NCBI RefSeq assembly: GCF_007744255.1
Contig: NZ_CP036267.1
Location: 1,985,500 to 2,049,499 of the forward strand
Length of the DNA: 64,000 nucleotides
Source of the DNA: Thalassoglobus polymorphus
Lineage (GTDB): Bacteria > Planctomycetota > Planctomycetia > Planctomycetales > Planctomycetaceae
Reading direction: 5' to 3'
Shown: positions 50,280 through 61,472 of the stretch, one piece after another
Layout: each line of letters begins with the position of its first letter
Numbering within the stretch: position 1 is the first letter of the stretch
Notes under the pieces: generated by a model
Database searches by the model: none
What the model was told of the DNA's origin: nothing
The model's input: only the letters and a program-made list of their open reading frames with translations
Program-made: the position numbers and the translations under genes

Positions 50280-51829
50280 AACTGACACGAACACTGACCC
50301 TGTTTTTCGTTTTCACCTCGTTGTTGATGTCATCACATTCGCAAGCTGGTGAAGAAGAATACTACCCACTGATTTCAATTGTGACATCGGCTGCGAAAAC
50401 GGATTCGCGCTCGAAGAACTGGAAACCGGCTCCAGACGATCTCGTTCTTGAAGTGAGTGGGATCGCGGCACTTGAGGATGGTCGAATAGCGGTCGCCATT
50501 CGTAAGGGGGAAATCTGGATTCTGGATGGAGTTTATGAAAACCCGCCAAAGAATGTGACGTATCAAAAATTTGCAACAGCTCTTCATGAACCACTCGGGT
50601 TGATCTGGAATGATGGAGCATTCTATACGACACAACGTTCTGAATTGACGCGAATTAAAGACAACGATGGCGACGGAGTCGCGGACGAATACACAACCGT
50701 TGCCAAAGGTTGGGGCGTGACCGGGCATTATCACGAGTATGCTTTCGGTCCTAAGCTCGACTGCGACGGGAACATGTGGGTCACTCTGAACATCGGTCTT
50801 GGATTGAAAGGAGATCTTCTCAAACGAACAATTCAGGATCCCAAGCTTGGATATCGACAGGCATTGTGGCGCGGCTGGGGAATGAAGATTACTCCGAAAG
50901 GTGAGCTGATTCCGGTTTGTGCCGGGATGCGTTCTCCGAGCGGAATAGGGAGTAATGCCGAAGGAGACATGTTCTACACCGATCAGCAGGGAAACTGGGT
51001 TGCCACGAATACATTACACCACATGCGCGAGGGGGCCTTCTTCCATCACGTCGAAGCCCTCGCTTCGATGAGCCAACCGGGTTCGACAATACACGATGTC
51101 GAGAACATTCCGAACGGAGTTCCATTTCCGCAAGCAATCGAAAAGTTCCCACAACTCGTTCCACCGGCAATCTGGTTTCCGTACAAGAAAGTTGGTCAAT
51201 CGGGAACGGATATTATGCTCGATAAAAGCGAAGGAAAATTCGGCCCATTCGCCGGACAGTTCTTCGTCGGCGAGTTTACACAAGCTGCGATAAATCGTGT
51301 CTTCTTAGAGAAAGTTGACGGCGAGTATCAGGGAGCTTGCTTCCCGTTTCGACATGGATTCGCGTCAGCGGTTCTGCGTCTCGAACAGGGAGAAGATGGC
51401 AGCGTCTTCGCCGGACTGACGAATCGCGGTTGGAGTAGTTTGGGGGCAGCTTCATACGGACTGCAACGACTTGTTTGGTCCGGAAAAACACCATTCGAAA
51501 TCAAAGAAATGCACGCTACGAAGAATGGGTTCGATCTGATATTCACGGAACCTGTCGATCCTGAGACCGCGACGAATCCAGAGTCTTATACGCTCAGCAA
51601 CTACACATATTTGTATCACTCGACATATGGAAGCGATGAAATTCAGACTCAACGCAACTCAATTTCAAAAATCACCGTGTCGGATGATGGGCTCAAAGTC
51701 GCATTGAAAGTCGAGGGAAGGCGAGAACTTTATGTGCATGAATTGGAAGCAAAGGGAATTCGCAGCCGCGACAACGAACCATTGCTTCACCCTCAAGCGT
51801 ATTACACACTGAATCGCATCCCCGATTAA
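50273..51829 (+). CDS. secreted beta-propeller protein, putative sugar (sorbosone/glucose) dehydrogenase-like domain
   Basis: Signal peptide. Motifs GLIWNDGAFYTTQ, DNDGDGVADE and TDQQGNW recur in soluble PQQ-type dehydrogenase-like propellers. Overlaps the cytochrome gene by 7 bp, so co-translated. Family assignment is tentative. Confidence 0.5.
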   Translation: MVKLTRTLTLFFVFTSLLMSSHSQAGEEEYYPLISIVTSAAKTDSRSKNWKPAPDDLVLEVSGIAALEDGRIAVAIRKGEIWILDGVYENPPKNVTYQKFATALHEPLGLIWNDGAFYTTQRSELTRIKDNDGDGVADEYTTVAKGWGVTGHYHEYAFGPKLDCDGNMWVTLNIGLGLKGDLLKRTIQDPKLGYRQALWRGWGMKITPKGELIPVCAGMRSPSGIGSNAEGDMFYTDQQGNWVATNTLHHMREGAFFHHVEALASMSQPGSTIHDVENIPNGVPFPQAIEKFPQLVPPAIWFPYKKVGQSGTDIMLDKSEGKFGPFAGQFFVGEFTQAAINRVFLEKVDGEYQGACFPFRHGFASAVLRLEQGEDGSVFAGLTNRGWSSLGAASYGLQRLVWSGKTPFEIKEMHATKNGFDLIFTEPVDPETATNPESYTLSNYTYLYHSTYGSDEIQTQRNSISKITVSDDGLKVALKVEGRRELYVHELEAKGIRSRDNEPLLHPQAYYTLNRIPD

Positions 51830-52187
51830 AAAGTTTTTCGAATTTTCAAACTTCGGCGTGAAGAGGCACGTCGCTTTTCGGTTCTCGCAGAATAAAGAGA
51901 GAAGGAAACGAAGGGTTACAGGAATTCACAAAGACGCACCATGATCACCCAGTCTTTGGCTGCTCAAGTCGGTGTGTTAATAATTTGGATGTATTCGAGG
52001 TATTTGAAACTGAACAGCACCGACGCAGGTATGATCTCATAAGTCGCTGTTCAAACAGAGCAATTTCAGGTTTCAGGCTCAATTCTGGATAAAGTGGAAA
52101 ATATTCAACGATTTGAAACGAATATTTCGTAGTCATTCGAAGCTTCTCTGCTCAACTTCAATTCCTCACGTTGAAAGAATCGATCTG

Positions 52188-53108
52188 ATGCGCCGTATTT
52201 TCTATTCACTTCTCGTCGTCTCCTCAATTGGCGTTTCTCAACTTTTCGCCGATGCAGAGCTTGTCCACGCCCCTGAGTATCGAAAAGGTCAGGTTGTAAA
52301 GACGGAGATCGAAACCAATATTGAACAAACATTGATCATCGCAGGAATGAACGTCGAAACCGGCGCCGAGAACTTTCTCACAACTGAAGAGACCGTGAAG
52401 GAAGTTGACTCAGACAAAGCCGTTCTCGGTGGAAGATTTAGTGCAGTACTGATGGAGTTGAAGTTGCCCGGTGGTCAAAGCATTTCGTTCGACTCTGGGA
52501 ATCCAAATGTTGAGATCCCCCCTGCCCCATTTGGAGACGTTGTCAAGTTCCTCAAACTGATGGCAAGTTCAACATGGACCACCGAGCTAGACGGAAATCG
52601 CCAGGTGACCGGTCTGAAATATCATGACGACTTTCTGAGTAAGGTTCCAGAAGGGTTCAAGGACCAAGTCTCTCAAGAGCAGCGGATCATTGATTCTAAA
52701 ACAACAATCAATCGGCTCCCGGGCAAAACCGTCAAGGTCGGAGAGAAGTGGGAACGTAACGAAGAGGCGAACTTGGGCAACGGTCAGACATTCTACTCCG
52801 TTCGTGAATACACTTACGTGGGGACTGAAGAGCATAACGGCAAGAAAATGGAGAAGATCAAAGCTGTCACAAAGTCCATTCAATATGACATCACGGGGGG
52901 GGGTGCATTACCGGTGGAGTTGAAGGATAGCGACTTAAAGGTCGAATCATCCAAAGGTGTTTTGTGGTATGATCCAGAGCTCAAGCAAGTGGTTGAGTCG
53001 TCAGATGTGACTCATGTTGTCGGTGAATTGACCTTCCTCACTTCCGGCATGGAGCTCCCAGCTAAACTCGATTTGACGATGAAGATAAAGTCGAAAAACA
53101 TCAAGTAA
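52188..53108 (+). CDS. secreted hypothetical protein
   Basis: Signal peptide (MRRIFYSLLVVSSIGVSQLFA). No recognised domain. Contains a G9 homopolymer at 52895-52903. Confidence 0.55.
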   Translation: MRRIFYSLLVVSSIGVSQLFADAELVHAPEYRKGQVVKTEIETNIEQTLIIAGMNVETGAENFLTTEETVKEVDSDKAVLGGRFSAVLMELKLPGGQSISFDSGNPNVEIPPAPFGDVVKFLKLMASSTWTTELDGNRQVTGLKYHDDFLSKVPEGFKDQVSQEQRIIDSKTTINRLPGKTVKVGEKWERNEEANLGNGQTFYSVREYTYVGTEEHNGKKMEKIKAVTKSIQYDITGGGALPVELKDSDLKVESSKGVLWYDPELKQVVESSDVTHVVGELTFLTSGMELPAKLDLTMKIKSKNIK

Positions 53109-53487
53109 TGAAAGTCCTCCCCGGTCCCGGGGGACGAGAGGATCTGTCCAATCGAAACAATTCGAGTCACGTGAGATGTTACTCCCCTCACTTTGTCAAC
53201 GCTAACTGGGTGAACCTCACTCTTCCACCAGAAGATTGACAATAGATCTCGAAAGCGACGACATGTGACCCACAGACGTTCTTCAATCGTCGGCACTTTC
53301 AATCTCGGGAATTTATCGGATAGATGGAGTTTGAAGGATCAAATTAGGATAATCGCTCGTTTTTGCTTATCATACTTCTACGATGATAAAGTCCTCGCAG
53401 GACCACTGTCCTGCGAGGACTTATAACGTTCGCTGAGTAGAATCGCTCTTTCGATATTTTTTCGAATTTATAATTGAAGCTGTAAGT

Positions 53488-55590
53488 ATGTTGAAAGCAT
53501 TTAAGGAACTCGACTTCACGATCTCCCTCAAGGAGTTCTGCGTTTTTGCAACGAGAACAATTTCTTCATGGGCGCGGGAATTGCGAAACTGCTTCAGGGT
53601 CTTCACTCCATCTCATTTCGCGATTTCACTCTGTGGTGTCATTCTGTTTTCATCCGTGGCTCAAGCTGCCGATGAGACGAAACGGGTTCTTTCGCCGTAT
53701 CAGTTTGAACTCCCCTCGACTCAAGGGAAGCTTGTCGAAATTTTTAGAGAATCCGGCACAACGTTGACGGTTGTCTGCTTTCTGGGAACGGAGTGTCCTC
53801 TTGCGAAACTTTACGGTCCAAGGTTGCAGCAACTTTCGGAGACGTATGCTTCGCAAAATGTCGAGTTCATTGGGGTGAACAGTAACCTGCACGATTCAAT
53901 GGAAGAGTGTCGCAGCTATGCGAAATCTCACGGGGTCACGTTCCCCATGCTCAAGGATGTGGGCAACAAGGTTGCCGACGCATATGAAGTGACACGCACG
54001 CCAGAAGTCGTCGTCGTCGACAGTAAATTTGAAATTCGATACCGAGGCCGTATCGACGATCAGTATCAACCGGGAATGAGCAGAGCCAAGCCTGCCCGTC
54101 AAGATCTCAAAGAGGCGCTCGACGAATTGATCGCAGGAAAGCCGGTCTCGCGCGCTTTGACGGAACCGGTCGGATGTCTGATTGGACGCGTTCCACCAAC
54201 TGAAACGACGACGTCACTCACTTATGCGAAAGAGATTTCACGCGTCCTTCAAAAGCATTGTGTGGAGTGTCACCAAGCAGGCGAAATTGGCCCGTTTGCA
54301 TTGACGGAATATGACGAAGTCGTTGGTTGGGGAGAGATGCTTGTCGAAGTTGTTGACCAAAAACGAATGCCACCTTGGCACGCTAGCCCATCTCACGGAG
54401 ACTTCGCAAATGCCCGGTGGATGTCTGAAGAAGACAAAGAGTCACTTCGAAATTGGGTCGCAGGGGGCATGCCGTTCGGAAAGAAAGAAGATCTTCCACC
54501 CCCGTTGAAACCGCAAACTGTCTGGCAGCTTGGGAGTCAGCCTGATCTCGTCCTCAACATGAGTCCCAAGCCGTTTCAGGTTCCCTCTGAGGGGATTGTT
54601 GAGTATCAATATTTTGTCGTCGATCCTGAATTCAAAGAAGACAAGTGGGTCACAGGGGCACAAGTGATTCCAGGAAATCGATCTGTTGTCCATCACGCGA
54701 TCGTTTTTATCCGCCCGCCTGATGGCAGCGACTTTCAGGGCATCGGCTGGCTTTCCGGATACGTGCCCGGACAGAAGCCGCTCACCATGCAATCAGGGTA
54801 CGCTCGTTTAATCCCAGCTGGTTCGAAGCTCGTCTTTCAAATGCACTACACTCCCACCGGAGTACCACAAGCTGACACAACCCAGATTGGTCTGCTGTTT
54901 GGTGATGAACAGGAGATCACACACGAGGTCTTTACGCTGGTCGGAATCAATCAGGATTTTGAAATTCCTCCAAATGACCCAAATTTCAAAGTGCATGGAA
55001 AGATCAAACAGCTCCCGAGTCACGGCGAACTGCTTGCGATGACGCCACACATGCACCTCCGTGGTAAGTCGTTTCAGACATCGCTGACGAGTCAGGGAGA
55101 AAAAGAAATCTTACTCGATGTCCCCCACTACGATTTTAACTGGCAGCACTTTTACGAGCTTCAAAATCCAGTTTCGCTAGAGGAAATTGACTCGCTGAAT
55201 TTTACAGCGACCTTTGACAACTCAAGTAAGAATCCAGTCAATCCAGCACCGCATGAATACGTGAGTTGGGGCGATCAGACATGGGAAGAAATGGCTGTGG
55301 TGTTTTATGCAGTTGCACAACCCCGAAAATTTGTCTCCACAACGTCCAAAACTTACGATACGGATTCCAGCCAAGCAAAAACAAAAAACGATGTTGAAGC
55401 CGATCGGATTGTTGCACAGTTTTTCGAACGATTCGACAAAAACAAAGATGGGAAAATCTACCGTGAAGAGCTTCCAATCTCCATGAACTCTTTTGGATTC
55501 AACAGATTGAACCGAGACGGGAATCAATATCTCAGCAAGGATGAAATTTACAGACTCGCCATCCAGCAATTGAAGAGACGCAAAAAGTAG
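53488..55590 (+). CDS. secreted thioredoxin-like (redoxin) / haem c / EF-hand multidomain protein
   Basis: Redoxin-like region (VVCFLGTECPLAKLYGPRL...), a CVECH haem-binding site, and two C-terminal EF-hand loops (DKNKDGKIYREEL, NRDGNQYLSKDEI). A TTG start at 53581 is an alternative. Confidence 0.7.
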   Translation: MLKAFKELDFTISLKEFCVFATRTISSWARELRNCFRVFTPSHFAISLCGVILFSSVAQAADETKRVLSPYQFELPSTQGKLVEIFRESGTTLTVVCFLGTECPLAKLYGPRLQQLSETYASQNVEFIGVNSNLHDSMEECRSYAKSHGVTFPMLKDVGNKVADAYEVTRTPEVVVVDSKFEIRYRGRIDDQYQPGMSRAKPARQDLKEALDELIAGKPVSRALTEPVGCLIGRVPPTETTTSLTYAKEISRVLQKHCVECHQAGEIGPFALTEYDEVVGWGEMLVEVVDQKRMPPWHASPSHGDFANARWMSEEDKESLRNWVAGGMPFGKKEDLPPPLKPQTVWQLGSQPDLVLNMSPKPFQVPSEGIVEYQYFVVDPEFKEDKWVTGAQVIPGNRSVVHHAIVFIRPPDGSDFQGIGWLSGYVPGQKPLTMQSGYARLIPAGSKLVFQMHYTPTGVPQADTTQIGLLFGDEQEITHEVFTLVGINQDFEIPPNDPNFKVHGKIKQLPSHGELLAMTPHMHLRGKSFQTSLTSQGEKEILLDVPHYDFNWQHFYELQNPVSLEEIDSLNFTATFDNSSKNPVNPAPHEYVSWGDQTWEEMAVVFYAVAQPRKFVSTTSKTYDTDSSQAKTKNDVEADRIVAQFFERFDKNKDGKIYREELPISMNSFGFNRLNRDGNQYLSKDEIYRLAIQQLKRRKK

Positions 55591-55657
55591 ACGCCCAGTA
55601 TCTTTCGTTTTTCGAACAATTTCCTTAGCAATAGTTCCTTAGCAATAGAATTTTCCC

Positions 55658-57967
55658 TTGTCTCGACCTTTCAATCGCGTCTTTGGATGGACGCTGGATC
55701 ACCGCTGGCTCACTTTACTTCTACTCAGCTTGATGAGTGGAATTGCATTCCTGGGCTATTACTCACCCAGTACGATTCGAAGTTTATTCGAATCTGCTCC
55801 AGAGCAAGTCTCAAAATCTGAATCAGAACGACCGAAGGAAATCGAGCAATCGCCCGATGTCGAAGCGATTGAACTCGCCAAAGCGGAAGTCGTTCTGGTG
55901 ATCGACTCAGAAGATTTTTTTACGAAAGAATCTTCCCAAGGCTTGCGCAAAGTTGTCGAGGCAATCGAGTCGCTGGACTATATCGACGATGTTTTGTGGA
56001 TGGACTCCGCTCCGCCGTTGAACCTCTTCGGGTTGCGCGAACCGATTCTTCCGAAACCGTCAGCTTCCGAGAGACAGTTCGACCTAGCCAAAGAGCGGGC
56101 CCTCAACCATCCACTCATTGGCGGGCAGTTTCTCTCCGAGGATGGCAAGACCACTCTGTTGATGCTGTCGATCAATTGGTTGTTCGTTGAACGTGATGAA
56201 GATGTGATGGACGGCTTGAAAGCCGTCTCGCAGAACGCTGTAGAAGATTTACCTGGTGTCGATTTTTCATTTTTGGTGACGGGTCGCGTTCCGATGTATC
56301 TCACATTCTACAAGGCGAACCAAACAAATCGTATCAAATATCAGGCGATTGGTTATACGATGGTTTTGCTGATGGCGATCATCCTGTTTCGCGGAATCCG
56401 TGCCGTTCTGATCGTCTCGATCGCCCCGATCTTGGGAGTCTTCTGGTCCTTGGGGGTGATTCGCTTTTTTGACTTTGCCAACAACCCATTTAACGACGTC
56501 GTCCTGCCGGTCATGCTGAGCCTCGTGGGGCTGACCGATGGCGTTCACTTAATGGTTGAAATCCGTCGACAACGTGCAGCTGGGCTTTCAGAAAAAGAGG
56601 CCGCTCGGGCTGGGATTCACAAAGTCGGACTCGCCTGCGCTCTCACTTCCCTCACAACTGCGATCGGCTTTGGCTCTCTCTCACTGGCCCATCATGAAAT
56701 TGTGCGTGAATTTGGTTGGAGCTGTGTTATGGGAGTCATTCTGACTTTCTTCGCAGTCATAACGTCGATCCCTTTGGCCTGTTCAACATGGTTAGGGGGC
56801 AAGATTCATCACGGCCACGAGAAGGGAATCATCGACAGAAATCTGCATCACATCAGCGGGGTCATCGATTTCGTATTACGCTGGCCCAAAGTGATCGGTA
56901 CGATTGGAATCTTGTTAACGATCCTCCTCGCGTCGATATCACTGACGCTCAGCCCCGACGAAAAACAAATCACGTCTCTCCCCACAGGATCGGAAGCCTC
57001 TCGTGCATTGCTTCACATGGACAAAGCTTTCGGAGGCCTTGAGCAAGGTCGAATCGATATCAACTGGAGTGAAAAGGTCAATTCCAAATCCCCGGCCGTT
57101 TTGGAAGTTGTCGGGAAGGTGACCGAGGTTCTGGAAAATGAAGACCTCATTGGAACACCGGTCTCCATCAGCAAACTCGTCGATGCACTCCCCGGTGAAG
57201 GTGAAGTTGCAGACCGCGTCTCACTCATCGAACTCCTCCCACCCCCGCTCAAGCGTGCATTTTTCACTCCCGAGCAACGCCACGCGACTGTTCAATTCCG
57301 GGTTCAGGACTTAGGCATCGCACGATACAGCCCAGTTTTTGAACGTGTCAAAGTCCAACTTGCTCAGCTGAAGGCCGAATACCCGGAGTTTGTTTTTAAG
57401 ATGTCCGGGTCAGCTGTCTGGAGATGGGAAAATTTGTATCAAATCGTTGTTGATCTCGCGACCAGTTTGGGAAGTGCTTCAATCATCATTCTGATTGTCC
57501 TTGGAATCTCCTATCGATCGCTCAGGCTTGGTCTGATTTCAATTGTCCCCAATATGTTCCCATTAGCTGTCACAGGAGCCGCTCTTGCCTTGACTGGGCA
57601 TACCCTTGAAGTTGTGAGTGTTTGTGCATTTACAGTTTGCTTGGGAATTGCAGTCGATGACACAATTCACTTTCTGACCCGATACCTCGAAGAAGGCCGC
57701 ACGGCGAGGACGTCTCATGATGCAATTCGAAAAGCGTTCATCGGGACCGGGACCGCTTTGATCATGACCACGTTGGTGCTCGACGTCGGTTTTGCAACAG
57801 TCCTGTTCAGCGACATGCGGGATCAGCAAATTTTCGGAGCCATGGCCGGCATAACCATCACCGCAGCCCTTTTCGGTGACCTTGTCTTCCTCCCTGCTCT
57901 CCTGTCAATGTTTGGCGTCGCACCAAAGCGAGATCAAAACTCATCTGCATCTGACAAAACGATCTAA
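55658..57967 (+). CDS. MMPL/RND-superfamily membrane exporter
   Basis: 769 aa with a 12-TM topology of two repeated 6-TM bundles and large periplasmic loops. Sterol-sensing-like region (VLPVMLSLVGLTDGVHLMVEIRR). Confidence 0.8.
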   Translation: MSRPFNRVFGWTLDHRWLTLLLLSLMSGIAFLGYYSPSTIRSLFESAPEQVSKSESERPKEIEQSPDVEAIELAKAEVVLVIDSEDFFTKESSQGLRKVVEAIESLDYIDDVLWMDSAPPLNLFGLREPILPKPSASERQFDLAKERALNHPLIGGQFLSEDGKTTLLMLSINWLFVERDEDVMDGLKAVSQNAVEDLPGVDFSFLVTGRVPMYLTFYKANQTNRIKYQAIGYTMVLLMAIILFRGIRAVLIVSIAPILGVFWSLGVIRFFDFANNPFNDVVLPVMLSLVGLTDGVHLMVEIRRQRAAGLSEKEAARAGIHKVGLACALTSLTTAIGFGSLSLAHHEIVREFGWSCVMGVILTFFAVITSIPLACSTWLGGKIHHGHEKGIIDRNLHHISGVIDFVLRWPKVIGTIGILLTILLASISLTLSPDEKQITSLPTGSEASRALLHMDKAFGGLEQGRIDINWSEKVNSKSPAVLEVVGKVTEVLENEDLIGTPVSISKLVDALPGEGEVADRVSLIELLPPPLKRAFFTPEQRHATVQFRVQDLGIARYSPVFERVKVQLAQLKAEYPEFVFKMSGSAVWRWENLYQIVVDLATSLGSASIIILIVLGISYRSLRLGLISIVPNMFPLAVTGAALALTGHTLEVVSVCAFTVCLGIAVDDTIHFLTRYLEEGRTARTSHDAIRKAFIGTGTALIMTTLVLDVGFATVLFSDMRDQQIFGAMAGITITAALFGDLVFLPALLSMFGVAPKRDQNSSASDKTI

Positions 57968-58206
57968 TCTGTATTCGTCGATGATTCGGAGGAAATCAAA
58001 ACTGCCTGACACATCTACACAGATGCAGGCTTTATTCTGTTTTTCTGCCATCATTGAGACGTCAGATGAGCAAACACTAATGCGACCAGCTCTCCACACT
58101 CACATTCGAGCGGCAATCTCTGCGAGAAACTGAAATTTCTTGGAATCTCCCCCAAACTTTGATTGACGAGACGAACCTCACATCCCTATCCTGCGTCCAG
58201 ACAAAC

Positions 58207-58284
<78 letters not shown>

Positions 58285-58533
58285 ATCTTTCAGACAAAGC
58301 CCATCGTCGTTTTCGGCGGTGGGCTTTTTGCTTGGTCTCACGGCGTTTCTCGCTCATCTCGCTTGGTTCAAACGATGTCCTTTTCTCTGAGGGTTGCCGA
58401 AGCGACTTTGCTGCAAGTCATTGGCAGTCATTAGCTTCGCATCGTTCAAACCGGCCTTGTCTGATGAAATAGCACTTGCGATTTGCTAAGATAAGTTATC
58501 GCATTGCTCCGATTCCTTCAGGAAGATTGAATC

Positions 58534-58722
58534 ATGAATCTGGCTGACCGATCAAAACTTGCCGCCGCAGGTGGTATTGGAGGTCTTTTGTCTTCATTTC
58601 TGATATCGAAATCGGGGTTGCAGCCGTCCATCAGCACACCGCTCGCCGTAGTGCTTACAGCACTATGCGTTTTCATCGTAGCCAGCCTTCCGGCTCGTAA
58701 CGGCGACGAGAAAAAACACTGA
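58534..58722 (+). CDS. small hydrophobic protein (hypothetical)
   Basis: 62 aa with two predicted TM helices. ORF-level evidence only. Confidence 0.3.
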   Translation: MNLADRSKLAAAGGIGGLLSSFLISKSGLQPSISTPLAVVLTALCVFIVASLPARNGDEKKH

Positions 58723-59085
58723 TCTCTCGACCGGAATATTACTCACGCCGCCATTACCAACCGAACGACATCGCCATCCCACTCAGCGACGGAGGCGACA
58801 AAAAGTTTAACTGCGCCTCTGAACTCTCGACTTGATGGAAACCCAGAAACGACGATAGTTTCAAGGTTTTCTCATTTCTGTCCTTTTTGAAGTTTTCCAC
58901 GCATATCCCCAATCTCGTCCCTAAAATGAGGACAACAGGGGAAAACTATGCAAAAGCCATTCTTCAAAAAGTCTCATGGTCCTTGGTATGTTTACCATTA
59001 AGGATGATCGAAAACCGATTGTGATTCGGGATCTACGACTTGAACCGAGACGTCAGTTCGCCTCTTCGCAAATAGGCTCTATGAG

Positions 59086-59907
59086 ATGAGTACAGCCGTC
59101 AAACGACACAAGGTTGATGTCGGTTATTGCACCTGGCAGTTAGATGATCACCGCAAGGCGCTTGTCGAGGATGTTGCAGATGCCTGTGCTGATCCTAATA
59201 ATCTCTCGATCCTCGCATCCAACGCAATGGCGCTGGCAAGCTATGCGAGCGTCGCCGATCCGTGTGCTGTTGATATCAATTCAAGCCTTCGGATCGCAGG
59301 TCAGGCTTTGGCCGCTCACTTTAAAGTGGCAGTGCATTCGTCATTGCCCGTCGAATGTGAATTGGCTGGGAAGAATACACGTTTTGAAGGTGTTGTCGAC
59401 GAGTCGAAAGTGGAAGCGACAAAATGGCTGAACGCTTACTGGCTCAGTCTGATATTTGCTGACACTGTTGCGATTGAGCAGCTATGTCAAGTGCCGATGT
59501 CAATGTTGCGAAATTCGACGACGAAACATCCTGAACATCGGTATCTCTTGATCGAATCGCTCATTTCATTCTGGCACGAATATGATGAAACGGGATCACT
59601 TCTGTTACAGGCGATGCGAGCGACAGACCCCGAACAGGGTGATGTCAAAAAGTCTTGGGTACTTCACATCGATGTCCCTCTCATTCACGCGGTGACCCAC
59701 GCAGTTTCGGAAGACGGCCGATTTAGCAACACGCTGAAGGAAGGGGTCAAGAAACACAAGAAGTACTGGTCCGCCACTACATCACGCAAAGACGATTGGG
59801 AAGGCTTTCTGTCGATCGGCTTATCGGGGGCCGCCAAATTGGCTTTCGAAAGCGGTTTGAATGTCGGAATCGTCAGTGATTACTTGATCAACGACAAGTC
59901 TTCTTAG
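59086..59907 (+). CDS. hypothetical protein (islet downstream of tRNA-Pro)
   Basis: 273-aa ORF with AGGCT..ATG spacing and no recognised domain. Confidence 0.5.
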   Translation: MSTAVKRHKVDVGYCTWQLDDHRKALVEDVADACADPNNLSILASNAMALASYASVADPCAVDINSSLRIAGQALAAHFKVAVHSSLPVECELAGKNTRFEGVVDESKVEATKWLNAYWLSLIFADTVAIEQLCQVPMSMLRNSTTKHPEHRYLLIESLISFWHEYDETGSLLLQAMRATDPEQGDVKKSWVLHIDVPLIHAVTHAVSEDGRFSNTLKEGVKKHKKYWSATTSRKDDWEGFLSIGLSGAAKLAFESGLNVGIVSDYLINDKSS

Positions 59908-59932
59908 CACCTCAAGTGAGGACAGAATTAAC

Positions 59933-60970
59933 ATGGAACCGATTAGTGAGATCGATGGATTACCGCAAGTGGAAGTCACGCCTGACTCTTTGCTTGGAAA
60001 CTGGTGTCATTGGACCCCCTTGAGTGTCGGGACAATTGTGACTGATGAGTTCATCTTTGAGCAGAAGCAATTTGTTTTGAATTCGACATTTCTGACCGAT
60101 ACAAATGACTTGGTCACCTATCGCACCATGGGAACATGGCAGTTGGCGGGGGACACATTGAAGCTGACGCTCTCTGAGCGTCCAGTAGACAGCGGCTGGC
60201 CGCATCGAAACGCTCAATATGTGATTCGAATGCGTCGTCGCGATGGAAAGTGTCAACTTATCATGGAGCCGATCGTCTATGATGATGAGCGGCTGGCCGA
60301 GGATGCCGGAGCTTGGTTGTTTCCATACGAAGCGACTCCCGACGAAGCCGAAAAGAACCATGCGACATATCGTGAAAAGCGTCAAAAGAAAGTTGTACTT
60401 GACGGTCCGTACAAAGACGTCTCGCAGCGTCTCGTAAAAGTGATTCCGCAGGCCGTAGGCGAATTGGAAATTCCAGAAGAGATTTTCTGTGTCCGGCTGA
60501 TCTTTTTCGACAGCCATGCTCCGCGCGAGGACTACAAGTGCATTGTTCGCTGTCTCGGCGAAAGATTGCGGCAGCATAAGCTGGCCACCGAACCTGCTCA
60601 TAATGTTTCCGACGCTCTCTGGCATCCAACGATGGGAATTGCGGAAACCTTGCCAGAACAAGATAATGGTGTGTTTGATGCGGACTTGTCTTCGAATACT
60701 GAACTGATGCAAAGCTTTCAAGTGATCTATTCATTGCTTGAATGGGATCTGGAATCCAATATGTTCTTGCTTCGCGAGACTCTCCGACGTGTGTCACTTA
60801 TGCTTCATATGAGCATGTGGCCAGGCAAAATCAAACGCACCGACGATTTCGTGATTTTCCCGGCAGATGGTTCGAATCACTTTGCTGGAGATTACGTTGA
60901 AGACATGCAGAAAAGCGTCCCAAGCCTTAAGAGAAAACTACTCACCGAGCGAGGCTTCCTGAAGCAATAA
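59933..60970 (+). CDS. hypothetical protein
   Basis: 345-aa ORF, 25 bp after the previous gene. No recognised domain. Confidence 0.5.
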   Translation: MEPISEIDGLPQVEVTPDSLLGNWCHWTPLSVGTIVTDEFIFEQKQFVLNSTFLTDTNDLVTYRTMGTWQLAGDTLKLTLSERPVDSGWPHRNAQYVIRMRRRDGKCQLIMEPIVYDDERLAEDAGAWLFPYEATPDEAEKNHATYREKRQKKVVLDGPYKDVSQRLVKVIPQAVGELEIPEEIFCVRLIFFDSHAPREDYKCIVRCLGERLRQHKLATEPAHNVSDALWHPTMGIAETLPEQDNGVFDADLSSNTELMQSFQVIYSLLEWDLESNMFLLRETLRRVSLMLHMSMWPGKIKRTDDFVIFPADGSNHFAGDYVEDMQKSVPSLKRKLLTERGFLKQ

Positions 60971-61472
60971 AGTCGCCACCTTGAACTCCCAGCTTTACCG
61001 TCTATCGAAAATCGTACGTACATTGAGTTTGAGATGACACCGAATGGGAGGATGAGGGAAATCCGCTCAGTCCGGGTGGGAAGGCGCTCACGCAGTTCCT
61101 GAGATCACAACTGACAGAAGCGGGTGTGAAGTGTTCCGAGGTCGAGATTCACAGCTTTTACGGTTGGTGATTTGACGCCGAGTGCAACGAAGCGAAACTT
61201 TGGTGTTTACTTCAGATCGCAGAAAAATGGATGTTGATCGTTAAGCCAAAACGCACACTTGTCGACTGGTTGCTCGCCCGCCATTACGATGATGCACTCC
61301 AGTCGATTCTGCATCACGTTCAGCAGGTATTTGAGTCGGACAAGCGCATTGATCACGTACGGTGGTTCACTCAGCAGGAATATGACTCAAACAAAATGCA
61401 ACAGGGCACAAAGCACCGCAATCTCTGACTCGGCGTACCGGTTAGCGGAGGCAATCAGAAGGAGGGATCTGC

